Source: Candidatus Latescibacterota bacterium
Lineage (GTDB): Bacteria > Latescibacterota > UBA2968 > UBA8231
Assembly: GCA_965261395.1 (NCBI GenBank)
Contig: OZ253462.1
Coordinates: forward strand, 5,184,001 to 5,248,000
Direction of reading: 5' to 3'
Length of the DNA: 64,000 nt
This document shows, in pieces, positions 57,071 to 64,000 of the stretch. The stretch's first letter is position 1, and each line of letters begins with the position of its first letter. A program made the translations under genes and the position numbers. The notes under the pieces are model-generated. The model made no database searches, was not told the origin of the DNA, and saw only the letters and a program-made list of their open reading frames with translations.

Positions 57071-58192
57071 ATGCAAAAGTACTTCACCGCGTCTTTAGGC
57101 GTGACCAGCGCAATGTTACTAGCGGTCGCCTTGGCCGCCACCGCAGGAGAGGCCAACGTGAGCAAAGACAGCTTTGGAACCACCGCGACGGGACAGCCCG
57201 TCGATCGCTATACCCTCGCAAACGACCACGGCACTATAGCCCGCGTCATCACCTATGGTGGGATCATCACCGAACTCCTCGTGCGCGATCGCGCCGGCAC
57301 GCTGGGTGATGTAGTGCTAGGCTTTGACCACTTGGAGCAGTACGAGAAGGAAAATCCGTACTTCGGCTGTATCACCGGGCGAGTCGCCAACCGCATCGCC
57401 GGCGGCAAATTCTCCCTAGATGGTCAAGAGTACATGCTCGCAGTCAACAACGGGCCTAATCACCTACACGGTGGGCTAGTGGGCTTCGACAAGGTCGTCT
57501 GGGACGCCGAGGTCGTGGACGATACACGCGGGCCGGCAGTGCGCTTGCGTTACGTGAGTCAAGACGGCGAGGAGGGCTATCCAGGCACTGTGCCGGTGAG
57601 CGTGACGTACACCTTGACCCACGACGATGCCCTAGTCATCGCATACGAGGCGACCACGGACAAGCCTACGCCGATTAATCTGACCAACCACTCCTATTTC
57701 AACTTGGCCGGCAGCGGCCCCGTGCTCGGGCATATCCTCACCCTCCACGCCCGCTACTACACCGAGCCGGACGCCAACCAAGTTCCCACTGGGCGCATTT
57801 TGCCGGTGGCCGACACCCCCCTCGACTTTGTCAAACCAGCCGCCATTGGTGGGCGAATTGGGCAGATCGGGCAGGTCGGCGGCTACGACCACAACTACGT
57901 ACTCGACAATGGGGGTCGGGCTGAGCCGGGGCTAGCCGCCGAGGTGTACGAGCCGGAGAGCGGGCGGGTGATGGAGCTGTACACCACCGAGCCGGGCGTG
58001 CAGTTTTACTCGGCCATCCACCTCGATGGAGTGCAGGGCAAGGGCGGAACAATCTACAATCAGTATCACGGCCTGTGCCTAGAGACCCAGCACTATCCCG
58101 ACTCGATCAATCAGCCGGGCTTTCCGTCGGTGGTATTGCGTCCGGGGGAGATCTACCGGACGGTTACAATCCACAAGTTTTCGACGCGGTAA
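57071..58192 (+). CDS. galM: Aldose 1-epimerase (galactose mutarotase) with signal peptide
   Basis: GRVANRI, NHLHGG, TNHSYFNL, GYDHNY and CLETQHYPD motifs; RBS AGGAGG. Confidence 0.92.
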   Translation: MQKYFTASLGVTSAMLLAVALAATAGEANVSKDSFGTTATGQPVDRYTLANDHGTIARVITYGGIITELLVRDRAGTLGDVVLGFDHLEQYEKENPYFGCITGRVANRIAGGKFSLDGQEYMLAVNNGPNHLHGGLVGFDKVVWDAEVVDDTRGPAVRLRYVSQDGEEGYPGTVPVSVTYTLTHDDALVIAYEATTDKPTPINLTNHSYFNLAGSGPVLGHILTLHARYYTEPDANQVPTGRILPVADTPLDFVKPAAIGGRIGQIGQVGGYDHNYVLDNGGRAEPGLAAEVYEPESGRVMELYTTEPGVQFYSAIHLDGVQGKGGTIYNQYHGLCLETQHYPDSINQPGFPSVVLRPGEIYRTVTIHKFSTR

Positions 58193-58225
58193 GGAGCCGC
58201 TTTTGCAGCGCCGATGGCCTGTGAG

Positions 58226-58984
58226 TTAGCCCGTCCAAGGCTCGGGATCGGCGAATAAGCAGCGGGCCGCCGGGCGCAAGCGCTGAGCGGCTGCCGGGCT
58301 GAGGGCACTGGAAAAGACCATGTGCGGGTCGTCGCGGCGGCAGAAAAAACTGGTGAGACTGCGGCGACTGCTAGCACTGCGGTTGCAGGTGGTGCCGTGC
58401 CAGACGTGGCTGTTGAAGACGGCGACCGTGCCAGCCGCGCCGAGCAACAGCTTTTGACGCGGGTGATCTGCGGCGGGGTCCTCCAGCGCCTCTTTGGGAT
58501 CTCCACCACTTCGATGCGTACCGGGAATCACCCGCGTGGCTCCGTTTTCCAGCGTGAATTCCGTCAGCATCCACAGCGAGTTGCACACGGCGTAGCGGCC
58601 TGCATGGGCCGCTGGACCGTTGTAATCGACGTGCAGAGCCTGCTGCTCGCCGCCGGACGGATGGGGCCGGCCGTGAACGCCGAAGGACTTGATAGAGCCG
58701 TCCAAGACGTGGCAGATGGCGGCCAAAACGCGCGGATGGGTAAAGCAGATGTCGAGCCCAGGGACTTTGTTCTGTATGTAGCTACTTTCGGCCGGGCCAT
58801 CCTTTTGCCCCGTGCCCTCGGCGGCGTACACCCCGTCCATTGCACTGCATATCGCGGCGATCTGCGCAGCCGAGAGGATATTGGGCAGGACCACGTAACC
58901 TTCGCGGTCCAAGTGCGCCTTCTCGCCCTGAGAGAGCGTATCGTCGCGCACCCCCAACTCGTATAAGGCCTCCTGTAGCGTCAT
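58226..58984 (-). CDS. Phytanoyl-CoA dioxygenase (PhyH) family
   Basis: LDREGYVVL, LHVD, NGATRVIPGTH and WHG..N.S...R motifs. Confidence 0.88.
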   Translation of the reverse strand: MTLQEALYELGVRDDTLSQGEKAHLDREGYVVLPNILSAAQIAAICSAMDGVYAAEGTGQKDGPAESSYIQNKVPGLDICFTHPRVLAAICHVLDGSIKSFGVHGRPHPSGGEQQALHVDYNGPAAHAGRYAVCNSLWMLTEFTLENGATRVIPGTHRSGGDPKEALEDPAADHPRQKLLLGAAGTVAVFNSHVWHGTTCNRSASSRRSLTSFFCRRDDPHMVFSSALSPAAAQRLRPAARCLFADPEPWTG

Positions 58985-59037
58985 CCCCGATTATTTCGTT
59001 GCGACTTCACAATGGATTGCAGCTAATGGCTATTTGG

Positions 59038-59307
59038 TTATATCGCAATGACCTTTTTGGCCCCTTTACTCTCCGGCCAGGCAATATGAATACTCACCTC
59101 GCAATTTAGGCGTTCAAGGAACCGCATCAACCGTTCGATGCTGGAATAAGAAAACTTGCCGCTTTTAAGCCTGGAAATTTCTGATTGCTTAACTGCTAGA
59201 ATCCTCGCGGCCTTTGTCTGAGTCAGTTTGCGGTGTTCGAGAATCCGAAAAATTTCCGCACCAAGTTGGGCTTTGAGCAACTCTTCTTTCGATTTCTCGT
59301 CACTAAG
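59038..59307 (-). pseudogene. XRE/HTH_37 (HigA-like) regulator, 5'-truncated
   Basis: LSDEKSKEELLKAQL...LTQTKAARILAVKQSEISRLKSGK...SIERLMRFL. The N-terminus abuts the inverted-repeat element. Confidence 0.65.
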
Positions 59308-59451
59308 AAGCTGTTGAGTTGTTAGGAATAATCTACGAAAAAGGGTTGTTTTCAGCCGTATAACTCCATTTTGAAGGTCCCTGGGTGCAGAAAAATCCCC
59401 GTAGAAATGCCTGATTTTCCCGATATTCGTTTTTAACTCAACAGCTCTTAG
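59303..59451. mobile_element. MITE-like non-autonomous element or IS remnant (~150 bp)
   Basis: Terminal inverted repeats CTAAG(A)AGCTGTTGAGTT ... AACTCAACAGCTCTTAG with no ORF inside. Confidence 0.6.
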
Positions 59452-59501
59452 AGGTCATTTTCCTTGCTTTTTTTGCAAAAAATGCACATATTATTGCCCT
59501 A

Positions 59502-60809
59502 ATGGGTTTGGAGGCCCAAATTATGTTGGTGTCATTTAGTCTACAGAATTATCGCTCGTTCTCATCTCGACAGACCATTTCAATGGTTGCCGGTGCTGGA
59601 GCAAAACGACACGAGGGATTCTCATTCCCCTCGGAAAATCCATTTTCCCCGTACCTTCTGCGGTCCGCCTGCTTGTTCGGGCCGAATGGTGCTGGTAAGT
59701 CGGCTCTGGTGGGAGCTTTAGATTTTTATAAAGATTTCACCGTTTCCTCAGCCAAGAACTCGCAAGAAGGCGAAAAAATCGATACAGTCCCTTTCAAGCT
59801 GGATGAGAAATGGCGAGGACAACCAACCGAACTCGAAGCAACGTTCATCCACAGTGGTGCTTTGTATCAATATGGTTTTGCGGTTGACAGAAATCGAGTG
59901 TGGGGCGAGTGGCTATTCTCCAAGCCAAATGCGCATGATAGAAAAATCCACACTTTATTCCAGCGAGAATATGATCCAGAAGCAGGAGAATATGTTTGGA
60001 ACATAAGCAAGACAAAAGTACGAGGTGAGAAGGAAGTTTGGAAAAATTCTACCCGAGACAATGCACTTTTCCTTTCAACAGCCATTCAATTGAAAGCCGA
60101 AGCCTTCAAGGAACCCTTTGATTGGATTCAGAACTATTTAAGGGTTATTGAGTCCACTGAACGGCTATTACCACGCTTCACCGCTCGCCAATGTGTGGAA
60201 GAAGGATGGAAGGGTAAAGTTCTCAATCTTCTGCGAGCGGTAGATATCAAAATCAAGGACATTGAGATTGATGTACGAGATATAGATCTGAAAGATTTTC
60301 CGGAAGATATGTTTTCAGACACGGTAAGTGAAGAAATAAAAAAGAGCTTGCAAGGGAAAAAACAATTTCAGATCAAGTCCTGTCATCAAGGTGCTGATGG
60401 GAATATAGTCGCCTTAGATTTTGACGAAGAATCTGACGGTAGTCAGGTTGTTTTCAACATTGCCGGTCCATGGCTGGATGTACTCAGCAATGGATACACA
60501 TTAGTTATCGACGAACTGCATAACAGCTTACATCCCCACGCCTTAAAATTCTTAATCAATTTGTTTCACGACACTGATATTAACACTAAGAACGCTCAGT
60601 TGATTCTGACCAGTCATGAAACGTCTGTGATGTCTAAAGGCTTCATGCATCAAGATCAAGTATGGCTTGTAGAAAATAATGAAGCAGAGGGTTCAAAACT
60701 AATCGCACTCTCTAACTATAAAGTACGTGACGTCTCAGCCTTTCAGAAAGCATATCTCGACGGTCGCTATGGTGCTGTCCCAAGTCTGAGAGAATTTGTG
60801 AATGCCTAG
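59502..60809 (+). CDS. AAA_21/ABC-like ATPase (RloA/AbiLi-like)
   Basis: NYRSF, GPNGAGKS, ESDG, IDELHNSLHP, LTSHE and YLDGRYGAVP motifs; low GC. Confidence 0.88.
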   Translation: MGLEAQIMLVSFSLQNYRSFSSRQTISMVAGAGAKRHEGFSFPSENPFSPYLLRSACLFGPNGAGKSALVGALDFYKDFTVSSAKNSQEGEKIDTVPFKLDEKWRGQPTELEATFIHSGALYQYGFAVDRNRVWGEWLFSKPNAHDRKIHTLFQREYDPEAGEYVWNISKTKVRGEKEVWKNSTRDNALFLSTAIQLKAEAFKEPFDWIQNYLRVIESTERLLPRFTARQCVEEGWKGKVLNLLRAVDIKIKDIEIDVRDIDLKDFPEDMFSDTVSEEIKKSLQGKKQFQIKSCHQGADGNIVALDFDEESDGSQVVFNIAGPWLDVLSNGYTLVIDELHNSLHPHALKFLINLFHDTDINTKNAQLILTSHETSVMSKGFMHQDQVWLVENNEAEGSKLIALSNYKVRDVSAFQKAYLDGRYGAVPSLREFVNA

Positions 60810-61566
60810 TCGTAGTGACAAGATTTTTCAAAAAAGGAAGGCGAAAAGTAAAAAAACCTTAAAACGTAGTAGAGCCACCTTTTCCGAAAGGAGAAGGGTA
60901 ATGATCGTCTGCGAAGGCGAAAAAACTGAACCTCTTTATTTTAAGGCGTTGGTGGCTCGCCTAGGTCTTACAACTGCCGAGGTAGAAGTTTGTGGTGAAT
61001 GTGGCTCGGCACCGAAAAGCGTAGTAAGATTTGGTAAGAAAAAATTTGATTGTGACCCCGATTTTGATCTGATTTTTTTTGTTTTTGATAGAGATTCCCA
61101 CCCTGACTACGATGATGCTATAAGGCTAGTACAGCAATTCCAACTCCAGAGAAAACTTAAAGGAAAGACTGTTGCAGCGATTACTTCGAATCCTTGTTTT
61201 GAAGTTTGGTTTATGCTGCATTTTGAGGCATTCAGAAAACCTTGCGCAGTGGGTGGAGGGAAATCTCCATGCGGCAATTTAATTTCTTTGCTAAAAAGAA
61301 AGCCGGAGTTTGGAGATTACGAAAAGGGTCAGGGTAATCACTTTGAGATTCTATATAGTCGTCTGCCGAAAGCAAGACTAAATGCCGCTCTAACCTTGCA
61401 GCAGAGCCGAGAGATAGGAGATCGTGAACATCACGGAAACCCGACAACGTTTGTGCACTTACTGATTGATGAGCTAGAAGGTGTGGCAGCGACATACAAG
61501 AGATATGGGGAGATAACAGAAGAACAGAAGAAGGCCAAAACGGCTCACCCGCATGTGAAAGCCTGA
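60802..61566 (+). CDS. rloB: RloB family protein
   Basis: IVCEGEKTEPLYF, VFDRD, SNPCFEVWFMLHF and NPTT motifs; overlaps the ATPase stop. Confidence 0.88.
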   Translation: MPSRSDKIFQKRKAKSKKTLKRSRATFSERRRVMIVCEGEKTEPLYFKALVARLGLTTAEVEVCGECGSAPKSVVRFGKKKFDCDPDFDLIFFVFDRDSHPDYDDAIRLVQQFQLQRKLKGKTVAAITSNPCFEVWFMLHFEAFRKPCAVGGGKSPCGNLISLLKRKPEFGDYEKGQGNHFEILYSRLPKARLNAALTLQQSREIGDREHHGNPTTFVHLLIDELEGVAATYKRYGEITEEQKKAKTAHPHVKA

Positions 61567-61636
61567 GCTACAATACTGCGACAGAGTGCAGGGGTGCGTC
61601 ACGGTCGGAGGAGTTGCCCACGGCCATCCCTTCTGT

Positions 61637-62560
61637 TCAAGCCATTTCCCACCGCTCCCATCCCCGGTGCTCGTGCGTACCGCCGAAGTGTTGGGGATGG
61701 AAAATCTCGGCGAGAATTTCAGCCGATTCTACCAAGCGCGGCCCTGGACGGTTGAAAAACTGGTTGCCATCAGTAAAGAATACCTGCCCCTGCTGCACGG
61801 CTTGCAGCCGGGACCACAGCGGATGCTGGGTAAGCGCTGGCAATTCGCTTTGCGAACGGGGTATATCAAAACCGCAAGGCATCAAGACGATAATATCCGG
61901 CTGGGCCTTTTTGAGCATCTCCCAAGATAGCCAAGGGGAATGCGTCCCTGCCGCCGCGAAGAGGTTCTGACCACCGGCGATCTCCACCAATTCGGGAATC
62001 CAATTGCCCGCGGCCATCAGCGGCTCAAACCACTCGATGCAGGCAATGCGCGGACGATGGTCGATAGTACGAGTGCGAGCGGCGATTTGGTCCAGCCGAT
62101 CCCGTAATTGGGCCACCAAGGCGCGGCCCCGCTCCTCCACTTCTAGCGCCGCAGCCACCCGCTCAATATCACCCCAGACATCGGCTAACGCGTTAGGCTC
62201 CAACGACAGAATGGAGGGCCGGGAGCGCACCAATTGACAGGCGGCTTCTTCGACGTCTTTGAGACTGACGGCGCAAACCTCGCACTGCGATTGGGTCACC
62301 AACCAATCCGGGGCTAAGTCGTCGAGCAGGTCGGCGTCCACCCGGTACACCGAGGCAGCTTCCTGCAAGATAGCTTTGACCCGCTGATCAACCTGATATG
62401 AGGTCCCATCTGGGTCGAATTTGGGAGCCGTGCAAGCGGGTAGGTCGCCGACGCCGGGCGGATAGTCGCACTCGTGAGAGCGGCCGACCAAGTGCTCGCC
62501 GCAGCCGAGGGCGCAGATGATTTCAGTACTGCTAGGCAGGAGGGAAACGATGCGGCTCAT
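61637..62560 (-). CDS. Cobalamin/iron-siderophore-binding (BtuF-like) protein, no signal peptide
   Basis: RIVSLLPSSTEI, VGRSHECDYP, QSQCEVCAV and FNRPGPRLVE motifs. Confidence 0.82.
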   Translation of the reverse strand: MSRIVSLLPSSTEIICALGCGEHLVGRSHECDYPPGVGDLPACTAPKFDPDGTSYQVDQRVKAILQEAASVYRVDADLLDDLAPDWLVTQSQCEVCAVSLKDVEEAACQLVRSRPSILSLEPNALADVWGDIERVAAALEVEERGRALVAQLRDRLDQIAARTRTIDHRPRIACIEWFEPLMAAGNWIPELVEIAGGQNLFAAAGTHSPWLSWEMLKKAQPDIIVLMPCGFDIPRSQSELPALTQHPLWSRLQAVQQGQVFFTDGNQFFNRPGPRLVESAEILAEIFHPQHFGGTHEHRGWERWEMA

Positions 62561-62820
62561 AGGACAACGCTGCTCAGTTTCCGCATCCGTTTGACGTGGC
62601 TCAAGCGGGCGGCAAAATCCAATACGGCGAGGATGTCCAGCGCTTCCAGATCGTCGTAATCGGCGAGGATGTCCTCGTGCGTCATCCCCGCGCTCAATAG
62701 CTCCAAGATCGTCTCGACGGGATACCGCAGGCCGCGAATGCAGGGTTTCCCATGACAGATTTCAGGATCGATGGTAATTCGGGCGCTCAGATCTGTCGAA
62801 TCGTTCAATTGCTGCGTCAT
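62557..62820 (-). CDS. DUF433 domain protein (putative antitoxin)
   Basis: RITIDPEICHGKPCIRGLRYPVETILELLSAG. Confidence 0.9.
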   Translation of the reverse strand: MTQQLNDSTDLSARITIDPEICHGKPCIRGLRYPVETILELLSAGMTHEDILADYDDLEALDILAVLDFAARLSHVKRMRKLSSVVL

Positions 62821-63126
62821 AGCTATGTCTCCATTTTTAACTTTTTCGCTGACGATACGCCTGCACTTTCCAGCATCGTTGTCCGCCGGGAATTGTAATG
62901 GTCTATCCTTCGCGGGTGTACTCTATAAGGTACCTGCAAAATGCACGATTCGCCTGAGAAGCGTCAAGCGGTTACATCCAACTCGTCGAGGAGGAACACT
63001 GGAAACGTATGGACCGAAGTGGTGCTTCTGCGTCCTCGACAGCGTCCGTCTCCGTTTCCTATCTTCCCCAGTCAGGCACAAAGCCCGCTGTCCGAAATCC
63101 CGGGCAGCCAACCCGTGAGCGCACCC

Positions 63127-64000
63127 ATGACTGCTGAAAACCGAATCGAACGGATGGAAGCGCAGATCCGAGAGGCCGGCGATCTCGCTGCCGCCTTGGC
63201 CCGCGACCCGCATCGGCCAGCCTATCACTTCACGCCGCCAGCCGCGTGGATGAACGACATCAACGGAGCCCTGTTCTGGAAGGGTCGCTACCACATCTTC
63301 TATCAGTACAACCCGGACGGCGCCTACTGGAATCTCATTCAATGGGGCCACGCCTCCAGCACCGACCTCGTGCATTGGGTCCACCATCCGGTGGCGCTGA
63401 CGCCGGAAGCGGACGGACCGGACCGCATCGGCTGCTTTAGCGGCGGGGCCTTGGTCAGCAAGGAAGGGATTCCGACGCTGATCTACTACGGCAATCCCGA
63501 CGGCCTCTGCCTCGCCCGCAGCAGCGACGATCTGCTGATCGAGTGGACGAAAGATCCGGGCAATCCGGTGATCCCCCAGCCGGAAGAAGGAAGCGCCGAC
63601 TTCGGCCGCTACACCATCCACGATCCCTGCGGGTGGTTGGCAGGCGACCTCTACTACGCCGCCATCAACAAACGCGATCCGCAAGACCAAGGGGATGCAG
63701 CGTACCTGTTCAAATCGACGGATCTGCGCACCTGGGAGTTCGCCGGTTTGTTCTACCAGTCGCGACGGGAGTGGACCGAAGGAGGCGAAGACTGCGCCGT
63801 ACCGGACTGTTTTCCACTCGGCGACCGGCACCTGCTGGTCTTCTGTAGCCATTTGCAGGGAACCCAGTACTACATCGGCCAGGTCCGGGACGAACGGTTT
63901 TATCCCGAGGTTCACGGGCGCATGAGCTGGGAAGGAGGTCAGCTCGGCGGCCCGCGAACCCTGCTGGACGCAACAGGCCGGCGCATCTTCTTCGATTGGA
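63127..64000 (+). CDS. Glycoside hydrolase family 32 (beta-fructofuranosidase-like), runs off the right edge
   Basis: Manual translation: DPHRPAYHF..WMNDING...YHIFYQYNP...WGHASSTDLVHW...CFSG...HDP. Confidence 0.88.
   Translation, partial: MTAENRIERMEAQIREAGDLAAALARDPHRPAYHFTPPAAWMNDINGALFWKGRYHIFYQYNPDGAYWNLIQWGHASSTDLVHWVHHPVALTPEADGPDRIGCFSGGALVSKEGIPTLIYYGNPDGLCLARSSDDLLIEWTKDPGNPVIPQPEEGSADFGRYTIHDPCGWLAGDLYYAAINKRDPQDQGDAAYLFKSTDLRTWEFAGLFYQSRREWTEGGEDCAVPDCFPLGDRHLLVFCSHLQGTQYYIGQVRDERFYPEVHGRMSWEGGQLGGPRTLLDATGRRIFFDW

Noticed and set aside
58985-59037. Possible duplicated gene end flanking the RloAB cassette
   Set aside because: No similarity to the 3' end of the BtuF-like gene at 61637, so the 3'-replacement pattern is not supported here.
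62821-63126. Cobalamin riboswitch upstream of the DUF433/BtuF-like genes
   Set aside because: The conserved GGGAA..GGTG, GCCACTG and B12-box elements could not be found in the right order on the minus strand.
1-64000. tRNA, rRNA, CRISPR array, integrase or prophage genes
   Set aside because: None recognised by eye; intergenic spaces are short and lack such signatures. tRNAscan or Infernal would be needed to exclude small RNAs.

Overview
A GC-rich bacterial window. Its gene content suggests a Latescibacterota/Poribacteria-like organism (inference from several PhyH dioxygenases, a sulfatase, PHP metallohydrolases, FlgD/CHU_C-tailed secreted proteins and a C-terminal WGxIK motif). 1-21.4 kb holds a cluster of secreted/envelope proteins: four discoidin-like proteins (three with a visible 'F[TS]PNGDG.ND...LAY' tail), two ~950-aa paralogous putative outer-membrane proteins, a CBM9-like protein, a membrane-TPR protein, and divergently a PpiC foldase, a pentapeptide-repeat protein and a CRTAC1-like protein. 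Next come a pyrE 3' remnant, a sulfatase, a ~2090-aa peptidase/FtsX/membrane-transporter fusion and a CreD-like gene. Three low-GC defence cassettes are interspersed among catabolic genes: Hachiman hamAB with an unusual C-terminal HIRAN domain on HamB, a BseCI/ClaI-like R-M system whose MTase is interrupted by a complete IS903-group IS5, and an RloA/RloB pair next to a MITE-like element. The most striking non-genic signal is a recurrent architecture: intact gene, foreign cargo, then a displaced and slightly diverged copy of that gene's 3' end. It is seen around Hachiman (225 bp repeat) and around an FAD oxidoreductase (49 bp repeat), and probably at pyrE, with no integrase in the window. No rRNA, tRNA or CRISPR array was seen. 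All family calls come from motif recognition, not database searches.
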